The notes: generated by a model not told the origin, from the letters alone. Positions 38,006 through 51,555 are shown, counted from the whole stretch's first letter. The stretch is DNA of 57,439 nucleotides, filler included, from Sphacelaria rigidula (GCA_964200075.2; 8 parts of 8 records of this genome joined end to end with filler, not necessarily neighbours in it), one strand, 5' to 3'. Numbers and translations: made by a program.

Positions 38006-39616
38006 TTTAAAAACCGGGCCGGCGAAAATTCGGAACAATATTTTTTGCAGGCCGTTTATTGGCCCACGTTTGGTGGTTGTGTTTTGAAACTCTGTGCGGG
38101 ACCTCGGTAGATCATGATGAACCAAGTAAAATGGATCAGGTTGATTTTGATTTTGATTTTCGCTGGTTTAGGGCGTTTTAGTATGGTAACGACCATTTGC
38201 GACGACCATTTAAATGAAGGCCCATTTTTTTTTTTTTAATTCAGCGTACCTCTGTAGTTCTCCATGCTAGGTTTCAAATGACAATTTTCAAAATTGAGCT
38301 AAAAAATGGAGATGAGGCCCAAGAGCAATGTTCATTTCTCCTCAACACTTCCCTGAACACACGAAAAAAAAGTGAAAAAACGAAAATAAGTAAAAAGCTG
38401 TTTCTTGAATTTCAGACATCCTACCGTCGACGCCAATATGGGTCACTACACAACAGAAGAATGCCGCCAGAGGGTTATGAGCCCTCGCCTCTCTGAGACA
38501 GCAGAGCGCTCTATCGATTAAGCTATGACGGTGCGTTGAGGACAGGACAAGATCCCAGAAGAGGGTTGAGATGTTAGGTGAGAGACGGGGGGCGAGCAGC
38601 GATGACTCGCACCTTGTCTCGGATGACGGACAGACCACAAACCAGTCAAGCTCACAGCATACGCTTGTGGTGTAGCCTGGAGCGTACTCGTAGCTCCGTG
38701 GCTTCCACGGCACACAGACAGACACTTCGAGATCTTTGGGATCGGACTAGCCGACAGTCGAGGAATATTCCTCATGACTAGAAGTTTCCTATGGACAGGA
38801 CCTGCTGGTCTGGTTCTGGACAGAACTAGAGGCATGTTGGGTTCGCATAGCTGGGATTCACAAATGGACTGTAAAAAAAAACTATGAAATATAAAATAAA
38901 ATAAAAAACAACAATAGAGCGGTTCTCCATACCAAATTTCCTAGCACAACTCTCAAAAACTGAGACGCGATATCCACATTTGGGGCATCTAGTGCCTCTG
39001 CTCGTAATATTTTGATTGTAGTGTGGAACCTTATGTGCGCCACATCTCGAGATAGATCACGAATTGGGTGAAGGTGGGGGTATCTACGTCGTAGCGTTTC
39101 CCCGTGCTCCAGGCAAGGTCCACACCAAAATCACCATCATCCGCTAATTGCATCGTTAGGGGCTTCATATAGATTTTAGGGTGTACGCTATCTCCGTACG
39201 GTATAGGAATTACTAGACATGCTGTTGAATCAACGAGACAAAATTGGCCTAGAGTTTTTCAGCAGATGGGCACCTTCCCCTTGATTAGACGATTAATACG
39301 ATACGCGGATCATGGCCCAACTCGTCCATGTCGATGAGATATTGCTTTTACAGCTTAAATCCGTTTCTGGGCTGGCAGCTCGTACAGCCCATGCCGCACC
39401 GTACCCCAGTTTCGAAAACCTTCATGTTGTACCGCGTTCCCGTGCGAAACCAAGGTAACGATATCACCCAGCAAAATAAAACTCCTTATCGTGCTGCGCT
39501 TGATCGGTGCCGCACACTGTACATTGCTGTGATGCCGCAAAAATCAAGCACTGCATCGAGCGATCAGTCTTCAAATCAGACGATCAGTCTTCAAATCAGA
39601 GCAATTGAGGACCGAC

Positions 39617-39777
39617 CTGGCCTTCGATGCGGCGTCTTTTTGGCAGCACGGGTGCATCTCATCAAGAAAGTTATCATCCAGCCCTTCTTCTTCATTTCCA
39701 AACTCGCTACTCCTGTGCTCATGTGAATGGCCGCAGTGATGGCCATGTTGGTGGTGTTGGTATCCATTACTCGCCAT
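39617..39777 (-). CDS. Probable first exon with a His-rich N-terminus (MASNGYQHHQHGHHCGHSHEH..DEMHPCCQKDAASKA)
   Basis: ATG start, protein-like composition, donor CAG|GTCGGT; downstream exons not resolved. Confidence 0.55.
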
Positions 39778-40151
39778 CTCACCCACGTGAATAACTAAGC
39801 AGCTGCGCTCCATCGCCGGCGTACCTGACACTATTCTTCGCCTGCTTATAAATTGTCTCAGACCCAGAGATCAACTATTCAGATAGGGAATGTATGGAAG
39901 TCACAGTACTTGGAGTTGCCAGAACACGGTGTAGCAACGATGTTTCTACAATCTCATTGATTATGTTGACTTCCTTAATACATGAGTGTCTCGTACAATC
40001 TGCTGCTGGTCACTACCGCAGCGCAGAGAAATGTTTCGATAATCGAATGTGACGGTGAAGCATACGAGTTCACCTCTTCCGCACGATGATCTGAAGCTTG
40101 ACTGTACGGCCCTCCACAGCGCTGCGCTGTGACGTGTAACGTGTGCATATC

Positions 40152-40403
40152 ATGAGGGCGGGAACAGCGGCAATCTCAGCTTTCGTTTCCACGTGTTGCG
40201 GGGGTCGTCCCGTCACGGCGTATATCGGCCCTCCATCACGCGCAGCGGCTACACTCGCTACGAAACTGAACACCCCGTACGCATCCGCCGGCAGCATTGG
40301 GTACCGCGCGATGGCTCGTAGAAGACTCTGTAGTACTGGTGGTGGTGATCATGAGCAGCATCACCTTCCCGTATGTGATGCTGAAAAGAGACCTAGGGCG
40401 GAG
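40152..40403 (+). CDS. Probable first exon of a protein with an organelle-targeting-like presequence
   Basis: 84 codons MRAGTAAISAFVSTCC..VTAYIGPPSRAAAT.., rich in A/S/T/R with no acidic residue for ~65 aa; strong donor GAG|GTGAGC. Confidence 0.55.
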
Positions 40404-40856
40404 GTGAGCGTGCGTGCTATGCTACTGTATATGTTGTGTGTTTGGAAGGAAGGTGTTTAGTGAGTTCATTGTATCGACTATACGTGTACATACTGAGCAA
40501 TCCATTGATGCGTCACGTCCGGATTGGGGCAGGCGCGTTGTGTAGCTATATGTGTACGTGCAGCCGACTCCACCTTCAGACACGTTTCGTGCTCTTACTG
40601 TTGGTTCGAGCGTGTGGTGTGTGTAGAGAAGCAATAGTGCCTCGCCTTGTGTGTAGGATTGTGAACATCTTCACACGCCTCAAAACGCCTCCTTCCGTTG
40701 AAACCGCTCGCTCAGTTCACACACGGCACCGCATTTTCGGCGCTGTATTTTAGTGTGATTTATGTGAGTCGCCAAACCAACACTTCCAGAGTAAAAAGTA
40801 CTATTAAAAGTGAACAATGCTGAACGAGTTACAGGCTGCACTTTGGGATGTTCGTT

Positions 40857-41148
40857 GAGGCTAGTTCACCGGCATTGGGCTACAAATGTCCATGGTTGAC
40901 ACATTTTTACGACTATCGCTACCTCTAACCCTAACCCCAACCCAACGCATGCCGAGAACCCTCGGGCAAGGGCGGTAGATACATTCCCTAGGCAAAGTGA
41001 GGCCGTGGTAGACCTAACGAAAACGCATTCTGCGCACGCGAGGAGCACACGGGACTGTCAGCCCCACTAAAATTCCGATTCTCGTGTACAGACTCAAATC
41101 AAGTAATATCAACCATGAGCATTTGTAGCCCAACGGTAAACTCTACTG
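40857..41148. mobile_element. MITE-like element with ~30-bp inverted repeats and an internal telomere-like CCTAAC tract
   Basis: ttgggctacaaatgtccatggttga ... tcaaccatgagcatttgtagcccaa; inverted homolog at 54996-55321. Confidence 0.75.
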
Positions 41149-43055
41149 GGTTCGTTTTACACCCGACACCGGTCCATGGAGAAAAAAACGAAGGGTGGAA
41201 CGAGCACGCGTACCTGCGTCGGTGCCTTTACCACCCAACGGCAATGTACATGTAGTCCACGATGATCCATGTTCAACTGGCAGCCAGAATGAACAACGAT
41301 TTTATAAGCAGGGGCTGTTTATTCCAAATCGAAGCACCAGTCTTCCTCTTTGAACCCAATCTTGGACGATCACTGTTATGACTCGTACAACGCATCATCA
41401 CTACTGCAGGTATACAGAAAAGCTCTCAGCGTTATCCTAGGCATCAGTACGCGTTAGAGTCGCAGCTAGAGTGAATGGTACCCCGCTGAAATATTAATAA
41501 CAATCGCTTCTGCAGCAGCTGACGAGTAAACCCGAAACGCAATACGATTTTAGGTTATATCACCTCAATACAGGAGACGAAAAACCGGAGAAACTTCATA
41601 ATAATAGTAATAACAAGAGACAGAAACCGGAGAAAATTGACGTCATTCCGGATACCCTGTCACGACTGTTTGCGTTTGAAGGAGGGCTGTTGACCACATG
41701 GTCGGAAAAAATGGTTGACACGAATGATGAGGTGCCGACAACAGACCTCGGCATAATTGTTCAACCATATGATTATGAAACTAATGGTTGACCGTATTTT
41801 CGGATCTTGTGATCGATGCTATTGGCAAGAGGCCGATCATTTTGCAGGTACGATGGTACCACTATGGGAAATCCACGGAGTTGGTTCAGAACCAAAACAA
41901 AGCTGAACTATAGCGACCACTTTGATAGTACAGTACACCGCACCGTGGCGGGCTCCCTGCACTCGCTAGTGCGGCTCCGACCATGTTGTTCTGCTTAGTA
42001 TGTCTTGCACACGCACAAAATGCCATGCATACGCACCCCGTTTCTTACCGCGACCATAAAGCCACCGCAGTTTTAAAACACTACTCAGGCCGTGCATGTT
42101 TTGAGACGTGAGATACCACCCTGGTAACGGTCAGCAAATTTGGAATGTGCAACAAAATGTGCAACGAAATGTGCAAATGCAAATTTCTCTGGACGCGGCA
42201 CCCGTGTGTTGGCAGTCGCACCCCAGACGGCGATGCACTGATGCAATCCGAAGCATATGCCCGCACGGTCGATTGACTAGTAATGTACAGTACAGCACCC
42301 CTACAACAGCCGTACACAAGCACCTATCACCTTCACATCAGCCCTTTTTTTCAGACCCGTGGCCGAACGCCAAATTCGCGGGCGGCGAAATCGCCTCAGG
42401 TTTGTGGTGCTGACGCACGGGCGGGCTGTGGATGGCGAAGTCAATGAGCCATTGCGCGTAATGGAGAAACGCGAAGAAAAGGGCTTCCTCAACGTATTTC
42501 CATCACTAACGACCCAAAGAAAGATGCCGGTATAATTCAGTACCCTGAGATTCAAAACCATACCGTACACTTGACAGGATTTTTTGTTTGAATCTGACGG
42601 TTGCAAAACCAGGAAGCATTTGCCCGCACGATCAAACGTATGGCCAATTAGTACGGTACAGTGCAGTACAGTATCGCTGCAGACAGTCAGTCGTGAGTAT
42701 ACACGAGCACGTGTTTTTTTCACATCAGCCGTTTTGTTCAGACCCGCGGCCGAAGGGTTCATCCAAAGGCAGCGAAACGTCGTCGGTTTTGGGCTTCAAA
42801 GACAGCGAAAACTCGTCATTTTTCAGTTGCTCACCTGCAGGTGGACCGTGGGCGGGGAAGGCATTGCTCTATTGTGCGTACCGTCCAAGAAACAGGGAAA
42901 ATGATATTTGCTCAAGGTACTTCCCCTTTATCGAGAGGCAGGGGTGGGCTGGGTACATGCCTGAAGTTGATAAAGTCCCTTCCTTGAATGTATTCAAGGG
43001 TCGGACAAATAATGATTCGTCTGGAAATTACTTGGTTTTAGTACGATGAGTCGAC

Positions 43056-43155
43056 NNNNNNNNNNNNNNNNNNNNNNNNNNNNNNNNNNNNNNNNNNNNT
43101 TAATTAATTAANNNNNNNNNNNNNNNNNNNNNNNNNNNNNNNNNNNNNNNNNNNN
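43056..43155. other. Artificial contig spacer
   Basis: Same linker. Confidence 0.98.
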
Positions 43156-44063
43156 AAAGCACTGTTTTAGGCTTGAACCTCATCTCGAAGTTAAACCTCA
43201 ATTCGCACAATTTGTTGTTTGTTGTCATTGGGCACCCAGAGAGTCGCTCTCAGACATGTCGGGTAAAATCAAGGATGAATAACACCCCCCAAGTTCAAAT
43301 TGAATATACCTGTTGTTTTCGCCGCACCACCGCCCTTGCTGGCATGTGTGTGACAGAGAACAGTAGCAGCGGTGACGGGAACATTGCCCTATTTTTCAAC
43401 ATGTTTTTCAGCGCACACAGGCGCGTCCTCTGTCCAAAAGGAGAGGCAGAGAGAAATCGATCTTCGCATTAGTGAGCTCGACACGCAATTGTAAGACGAG
43501 ATAAAATCTCTCCGCAGCTCGATGTTTCGGCACATGGAAATTGGGCACATACTGGTACCTTCGATGACGCCAGTCTCTCGGGAGTTTGGTAATCGCCGAG
43601 CGAGGACACACAAAGGACACGGCCGAGGAGCTTCCTCTCTGTCGCTGCTTCTCTCGTGATATTATCATCGACACGCGTGTACACCGCATTCGTTAGGTGC
43701 ACCTAGTCACAGCCGCCTAACTGCTGCGGACATTTGGGGGGGAAAATGGCTTCGCTCGGTCGTAAGTGTTTCGCGTCATCCCTGCAAAAACAAATGCCAC
43801 ATCAACCTCATTTTTGAGATGGACCCCACTTTTTAGTATCCACCAGTCCTTCCTCTTGGGGGTTGGTGCATATGCATGTCGCACAACTTGTGCTGCAGTT
43901 AGAGTTGTCTTCGTCTATTGAAACAGGAACTCAATTAGTCGTGCAGCGACGGGAACTCGGGGGTGATCGTGAAAAGAGCACTCCGTGCGCAGGTTTATAC
44001 CAGCAGAGATGCTAGGTTACGCTTGAAAAACGAAGTTCTTATTGTGCAAAGAAAAAGGCAGAC

Positions 44064-44513
44064 AACACTGGATCTTACAAATTGGGGATGGATCTTTGAT
44101 TGGGGATGAGAAACCCGGAGAATTAAAATCTTTGTATCTACACTAAATCTTCGAAATATGGTTCCACTTCTTCACCTACTGATAGCTATTATTGACAACT
44201 GCTACACGCCATAGAAGTTTGAATTTCGATCACTGCAATGTTTGGTTCCTAGGTGAAAAAACATTTTCGCAACCATTTTGTCGTCCGTTCGGACACCCGG
44301 AATTCCCCAAAATTGTTTTTTCACCTAGGACCTCAACATTTCAGTGATTGAAATCCCAATTTCGATGGTGTGTAGCAGTTGTCAATAGCTATAATAAGAA
44401 GGTGAAGAAATGGAACCATATTTCGAAGATTCGGTGTGGATACGAATATTTTAATTCTCCGGGTTTCTCATCCCCAATAAAAGATCCATCCCCAATTTGT
44501 AAGATCCAGTGTT
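44064..44513. mobile_element. 450-bp foldback MITE with ~200-bp arms and 4-bp TSD AGAC
   Basis: agac|AACACTGGATCTTACAAATTGGGGATGGATCTTT ... AAAGATCCATCCCCAATTTGTAAGATCCAGTGTT|agac. Confidence 0.9.
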
Positions 44514-45422
44514 AGACTGTAGAGTTCGTGATATTTCGAATGTGCTCGGGACGCGAGAAAGAGACGAAAAAGGATCGTGCTCGGCAGCAGCACTGCAGTA
44601 GTTATGTTCGGTCTGGTCTTCACGTGAGCAAAAAAAAGCGAAACCACAAGGCACGGGAGGAGAGATGGCGAAGAGGAGGAGACAAAGCGATTCATTCGAT
44701 ATCCGATCCTTCAGCCGACCAAAAAATCCGATTGACAGTGCACCTGTCGCAGGGGGTGGAAAATATCCAGATGCGATTGATGCACGCTCGCGATGCCTGT
44801 CTAAGACAGCTCGACAACAGTAGTAATGGCCCTGTTTCTTAGACGAAACTGGCCTCCTTCACTTCCTGAAAGCTGGGCAAGGCCGGTTCTCACGACCAGA
44901 TGATTCGAAAAAATAATCTCTCGGAAAATGTAGTCTCTGACCTTCTGCGTCGTTTTACACCCGAGGGAGCGCCAGGCGCATTCCTGATACCTTGGAATGA
45001 CTTGACTTACTCTCTGAGATGATCCTCAGGGGCAACTTTGCCTTTTCCGGTGGGCATAGGACAGCAATGTTTTCGACCGCCATATCTGAGAAGCATATAT
45101 ATATATATATATGTCATCGTAGACAAACGACTGAAGTTCAGAGAAAACTTTGAGAATTGTTTTGGTGTGGTGACGTTTTCGCGCTTTTTTGGCGTTTATT
45201 GATTAAACGTGGAAATCCCAATTGACGTTAAGCTCCGACTGTGTGCATTGGTAAGCGCGACATCGTGCCGAAATTGTCTCGGGTAGTACACATCATTCCG
45301 ACGAGGCATAATGTGCCTACCGTAGTGCTTTACTCCCACGCGGAGAACGTTGTAAAAGGTCGAAGGGTCGAAGAGGCACAATCCTTTGTCTTTGGTCGAA
45401 TCATGATAATATGGCGCGTGAT

Positions 45423-45669
45423 GACACTTTCTACGATAGCCCCCCCCAACAAAGAGCATGGTTTTGGGAGGCAAAATCTTCACGTAAATCGAAACGGGAA
45501 AAGCCGAGCACAATGAGAAGCTGGGGAGTCCCGCGCTTGGATTCGTTCTAGCCGATGTCGCCAATATGAGGTGCTTCATGCAGCCTGAACCCGAACATCA
45601 GGCGCTGCATGGCCAACGTTTTCTTGACACTTTTAGCTGGTTTCGGGGGGGGCTATCGTAGAAAGTGTC
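45423..45669. mobile_element. 247-bp MITE with ~25-bp perfect TIR and 4-bp TSD TGAT
   Basis: tgat|GACACTTTCTACGATAG-C run ... G run-CTATCGTAGAAAGTGTC|tgat; another left end at 21460-21478. Confidence 0.9.
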
Positions 45670-47236
45670 TGATCTGATTTCGTCATCGACTGAGGAAGTA
45701 GTCAAAAGCTACGATACGTACACCCGTTTTGACGTAACCCATTAAGGGTCTGACGAATAACGATTCGTCTGAAAATAACCTGGTTTCAGTGAAATTGATT
45801 CGTATCGTACGCATCGATCCCTAGGCTTTGTCTCAGCGTTGCACCCCCCAAGGCAAACGCACCCCAGGTGCGTGGAATAGCGCAAAGTTTGCCTCGAGAC
45901 GTTTGCAACCCGCAGTCGATGTTTCCTTCTCTCTTTCAAGCATTCAGGCCTCACATATCGTAGAGGTGAAGGAATCAGCGATGATTCGTCAGATCCTCTA
46001 GAGCCGAAGCTCTTAAGAGCACGGCGGCGCGTGTACTGCGCCAAGTTGATGGGGGATTTTAGTTGGAGCATCCCCCACACCGCCTTGGATAGTCTAGGAT
46101 ACGACCGAGAGTGAGAAGCGTTCAAGGAATGTACGAAATAGTTTCAGTTCCGAAATGCCCCTCCGGGCCTTATACGAGGGCCGATACGCTTTTTGTAGTA
46201 GCTTGCCACTGAAGCATTTGATATCCCCGGGCAGGATATCGACGTGTAGCTGTAAGCACACGCCGGTGTTACAGGCAAAGGAAGGCACACACAATATGAA
46301 AAACCGGTCAAGTCGGAGCGAATGATAAAATTCGCTCTCAATTAACGTTAGACTTTCACTCTCACGAAAACGTTGTTGTATGTGTGGTTCATTCCTCTGT
46401 TGATATATTTTTTGCAGTGCGGATGGCGTATGGTGCTTTTTCAATGTCCAAGTTTGAGGCCCACTTTTGGATGGCCTTCGAACTATTTTACCGGCCTGCC
46501 CATGCCCCCTGACGTCGGGAACATGGCCAACAAAGTGTAGACAGCCGTTGGCGAAATAGGCGTGCAAGAAACAGCCGCCATAGCGGTACCGTGTAGTCTT
46601 CATCATGTACTCACAGAAAATGGTCAGCGTATCAAGAAAGGTACAGCACGCTTTAGCGTGCCGTCGCGAAAGATCAACAAGATTATGGCACATTCAAATT
46701 TGGTCGCTCTCTTCACGTTACAGACCTTCAGACCGCCAAGAATTTTGTAGATTCACCACATGACTACAAGGATCAAGTTTACAAACCGCTAGTATTGACA
46801 TACACCCACTGGAACATGACTATCAATTTTGCAGTGGACGGAATTTCATATATAAATAATTGTGCACGCGGGGAGACTGCCGCTTCCAGCGCGTGACAGT
46901 AGCCGATGAGATTCCGCGACCCATCAACGCTCACTAGTCGACCGTCGTTACAGCTTAACATCCGGCAGACAAGGTGATTCAACATGAAGATGTCGCTCAT
47001 GATGAAAAGGAGGGGATGGTGGATCGCCGGACTACACCATCAATGACACGTGCGTTACACGCGAACATGCGCTCATCTCCTCCCCCCCACCCCCTCCCAC
47101 ACGCCCGCCCCCTATTTTATTTGGGCTAAGCATCACCAGCCTCCGCTGCCTTCAAAATTGATCCTGCAAGGTGCTTTCCTTGGTCAAGGAGCGAATTCGC
47201 GTGTAGAATACAGGAAGCTTTGTGTTGCTGGCATCT

Positions 47237-47335
47237 TCACGCAGCCTTTCTTCCCGGCAGTCCTTTCTCCACGATGTGACGTTTCACCTCGGCGATGGTT
47301 ACCTCTTTGCGGTGGAATATTCCCGCCGCTAGTGC
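47237..47335 (-). CDS. HIS7: HisHF final exon
   Basis: tgcag acceptor, in phase with the previous exon; encodes ALAAGIFHRKEVTIAEVKRHIVEKGLPGRKAA-stop; absent from the ORF track. Confidence 0.92.
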   Translation of the reverse strand, partial: ALAAGIFHRKEVTIAEVKRHIVEKGLPGRKAA

Positions 47336-48419
47336 CTGCATCATTCGGGGTCAACGAGAGTTGTCGGGGGAAGATCGCGGGAACGAATATCGGGCAACTG
47401 GAGACAGTCGGGCGGACAGGATAGTTTGCTTCGGCACCGAAGGACGAACTTCAATCGAATGAGTAGCCCTTTTTTGACGCGACTCGGTGTGTCCTGTGAA
47501 AATTGTACGAATGAGAGTGAAGCGTCCGCCTGAGACTCGGTACCACCGCGCCCTCGTATATCAGTCAATGTTCGGCAATCAATCAATCAATCGCACAGAC
47601 GATATGGGTTGATGTCATGATGTCTGATGAGCATCCCTACTGAGTGGCCCGACCGGTCGAGGGTAGCTAGCTTGCCAACAGTCCTCCTTTCGTCAAAGAA
47701 AAAAAGAGCTTGCCAACAAGCGCAAGGTGCAGCCCGCAGCATGGTGGTGAGTAGCTGCGTTCATGCTTACATACGCCAGAGGCTACAATTGATGTTGCGC
47801 ACGGTACACATGTCCGCTGACACCAAAAGAAGAAGATACGCGGTACTCATATCATACGAATGCTGAGGTGTTTCAACTGTATGCGGTGCATCTGAGGACT
47901 GTCGGGCGACGAGACGTGACGATCCATGAGGTGCAGATTTGCATTCCCTGAAGGCTTGATGCCAGATGCCACTTTCAATTTCTCCGCTGTTTCATTTAGC
48001 CGGGTTTGCTACGAGGATACTCACAGCGCACCCCGAGTGATTGGTGTCTAACGGCCGTCACGACTATCATCTCGGGTGCAGTATAGCATGCATACCACAT
48101 GCATGCCACGGAGAGAGTAACTTATCTCAGCAGTTTCTCGCTGCGGGTCATCCCCCAGTCCCTTTCGGCTCAGCCCGGTCCAGCCTTCTAGACAAAAATG
48201 AAACCGGTATCAATTGATTGAAACATGACATATATCTGGCACATCTAGCACTGTCTATCTGAGATCCGATGTAAGGACAACAATCGGCTTAGAGTGACGA
48301 CTGACAAACAGGGTGATATATCCTTGTGATGGTCGTCGAAGTCCTTTCGGAACATGAACATCAAAATATCCCTCAAGCAACTTAACAGAATGAATGCACC
48401 ACATAATATGTACATATAT

Positions 48420-48617
48420 TGTCCTTGTTCTTTGCTTCTTGTTTAGTTTTACTGGTTTTTTTTTCCCAGACTATTCTGTCTGCTTCACCTTCTCGTTTAT
48501 TTCATTTTTCTCCAGCGAGTGTTCCCGTTTTGTTTGCCTTGGGTGCGTCTATCATGTGGAGAATGACAACGGCTGGATCATGACTACCTTGGAAATCGAT
48601 TAATGTGCGACAATCAA
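48420..48617 (+). repeat. Probable 3' end of a non-LTR retroelement ending TTAATGTGCGACAATCAA (CAAT-type tail)
   Basis: Homologous ends at ~5340-5442 (+), and at 49219-49420, 56043-56330 and 56645-56760 (-); shorter matches at 48815, 49025 and 49088. Confidence 0.6.
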
Positions 48618-49447
48618 CCCCTCAAATCTACGACGATGATGATGTCGGTCCCATACACCACGGGATTTCACCTGCATTCACAGGAGTGTTGTTCGATCTG
48701 CATCCACAGATTACCACAGGTGACAAGTGACCTACCCGACACCTCACTGACGTCGACATGGTAGCGATGCTATATGTGGTTGGTTGATGGATTGATGGCT
48801 TGATGAATTGATAGATTGCCGCACATTCACTGATCCCCTACAAATCCGACTGTTGCCACGAGCTGCACGTACATAATGACATACACATGAACTGATGATC
48901 CCAGGACAATGGTTGAACCGCGAAGGGCCTATGCCGCTTTATTCATGCACGTCGGCGGCTCCCAAAGCTCCAGAACACTGGTGATAGTTATTTCTCAAAG
49001 TAAGTATGTGTGTGTTTTTTTTCATTGTCGTACATTAACTGATCTTCGAGAAATCGAGCCATGTTCTATAATTTGAATCTGTCGACTTGATTGTCGCACA
49101 TCAAGTGATCACCGAAAAACCCAGCAGCGTATATTATATCCTGATACTATGATATTCGCTGGTACACAGGAGTCTATACGACGGATATATATATATATAT
49201 ATATTATAGATTACGTAGTTGTCGCACATTAATTGATCCCCGAATAGTCATGATCGAGACAGACCTACCGAGGGTAAACAAAAACAGGGAGACTTGCTGG
49301 AAAAAACCCGAGAAAAGAGAAGAGAAAAAGCAAAGAACAATGAAAGAACAAAGACAGATAGACAGGACAAACGGAAGTGACGAAAGTAAAACTGAACGAA
49401 AAAACAAGAGCCAAGAGGGGACACAAACAAACCCTACGCCTCCTTAC

Positions 49448-49546
49448 CGCCTGCACGTCGGTGGCTTCGAACACCTGAGAGAAGTGCTCCGGAGCACCCG
49501 CGCCGCTAGAGGCGATCACCGGAATGGTTACTGCATCCATCACGGC
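49448..49546 (-). CDS. HIS7: Imidazole glycerol phosphate synthase HisHF (cyclase domain), penultimate exon
   Basis: ggcag acceptor, GTAAGG donor; encodes [33 protein letters not shown], the eukaryotic His[11 protein letters not shown] motif. Confidence 0.92.
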
Positions 49547-49856
49547 CTGCCACACATGTAGCGAAAAAGAGTGAACCCAAAAAAGAGAAGAACAGGGAGG
49601 CGACAAGGCTGGTGGGGGAAGCAAACAATCTTTTGGCTGTGGCTGCGATGTGGGTGGCAGTATAAGGGCCATTAGAATGGGTTAAAATGAGAAGTCGACG
49701 TTCTGCTCCTGTTGCAGCTGTTGTTGATAGTGCTGTTGCCTTCACATTCAAATCGTTCCGATATCTGTGCAGTACATTCTAACCTCGGTACTGGGCATCT
49801 GCCGTGCGGTGTTTTTTACGCAGTGCTTGACGGTGTCTTACAAATGTCCTGCCTGC

Positions 49857-49860
<4 letters not shown>

Positions 49861-49910
<50 letters not shown>
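49861..49910. repeat. (GT)n microsatellite
   Basis: Directly visible. Confidence 0.95.
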
Positions 49911-49911
<1 letters not shown>

Positions 49912-50247
49912 CAAGGCAGTTCGCTCACCGTGTGCTTGCTTGCTTGGTTCATTTGCAGGGTAACGCCGGGTTGATTGGGCACGCCCTCACTTTTTAACTC
50001 GACATGAAAAATACGCCGACTCTGACGGTCATCATCGATCGGTCGGTTAGGTATATCATGCACACATAGCGAGTATGCAATATAGCGCTACGAGTAGACA
50101 TCTCAAACAACTGGTGATGGCCAGACCTGGGACGCGATCGCTGCGGTAACGAGCCGTGCGTCGACTCCAGCGAACAAATCCAGACCCAGCCCCTCACTCT
50201 GTACAATACCTCCAGCCTTTGGACCGTCGTTTTCTAAAAAACAGTTC

Positions 50248-50347
50248 NNNNNNNNNNNNNNNNNNNNNNNNNNNNNNNNNNNNNNNNNNNNTTAATTAAT
50301 TAANNNNNNNNNNNNNNNNNNNNNNNNNNNNNNNNNNNNNNNNNNNN
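50248..50347. other. Artificial contig spacer
   Basis: Same linker. Confidence 0.98.
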
Positions 50348-50669
50348 AAAGATTAACCTCTGAAAAGTTGGCAACGATCAACACATACGTGGTAAAGATA
50401 AGTAAAAACAACCCTGGGGTTTAAGCGTAAACAATCCAGTCGTTCTCGCTCTTATCCCTGAGTTCTAATTTTTTTTTCCGAAACTCTCTATTGAGTGAGG
50501 AGTGACTATATAAACCTACCACACCCTAGGTAATATATGGTCAACAGACGCAATAGACGAAATATACTGCGTAAAGTATACCGATAATAGCTGCAATAGG
50601 CCTGTACTTAAACCAGTACATTTTACGCCCATCGCGTATAATGACCATATGCTGTCTAGGGTGTGAAAC

Positions 50670-50672
<3 letters not shown>

Positions 50673-50704
<32 letters not shown>
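50673..50704. repeat. (CA)n microsatellite
   Basis: Directly visible. Confidence 0.9.
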
Positions 50705-50705
<1 letters not shown>

Positions 50706-51555
50706 CGTCCAGGATTAGGTATGCCACGCTTGCAGTCTACAGGCCTGACTTATATTGGAGTCCCACCCTTCAAAGCTTACTCAGGTCAAGTCCACGTCGC
50801 GTTCCTACACGCACCGTATCCTCCGACCGAGTGAGAAGCTACAATACAAGCTACACACAAACCGTTTCGGGTTAGATAAGGCACGCTTGCCGTCCACAGG
50901 CTTGACTTGAACTTTGACCGCCAGGATAGTCATCTGCAAGGGTGTGTTTTCTAGGGTATACCCGAAAGTGAGGCGTTTTTGGTTGGCATGCCGTAATAAA
51001 CCGTGCCGAATTTTATATCGAACATCTTGGCTTGGTTTGACAGGGAGTCGAGCCTTGTTCCGAACGCTTGGGCATGATCCGGAAGGGTATTTGTCGATAA
51101 ACTATCTCATGCATACCTCTGTAACTGCCCCAGTTTCAACCGGTATAGCCTACAGAACACACCCTTGGTCATTCGGGTTACCCAATATTTGATGTTCAAA
51201 TGATGCCGATTCAACAGATGACCTACCTTCGCGTTCAAAGGGCCTAGCGACGGACAATTCTCCATTTCAACTGAAATCGCGGGAGGACCCTTCCTTCTTT
51301 TTTCGAAGCTGTCCGTTAAGAATTTTCGTGCAAAAACAAGCAAGAAAGAGAAATTGATGCGCACGCTCCCGTGGAGTATTACAAGCAACAAGTCGACGGC
51401 ATAATTAATCATTTCATTCATCAAGTCAAATAAGTATCTTCTCTTTATTTCCAAGCAAGTCCATTATATTTTCAACGATGCCAATTTTGATATTGATATT
51501 GATATTGATGTTGAAGGGAAAACGCTCATCCCTTTCCCCCCTCTCTTTTGCACAG

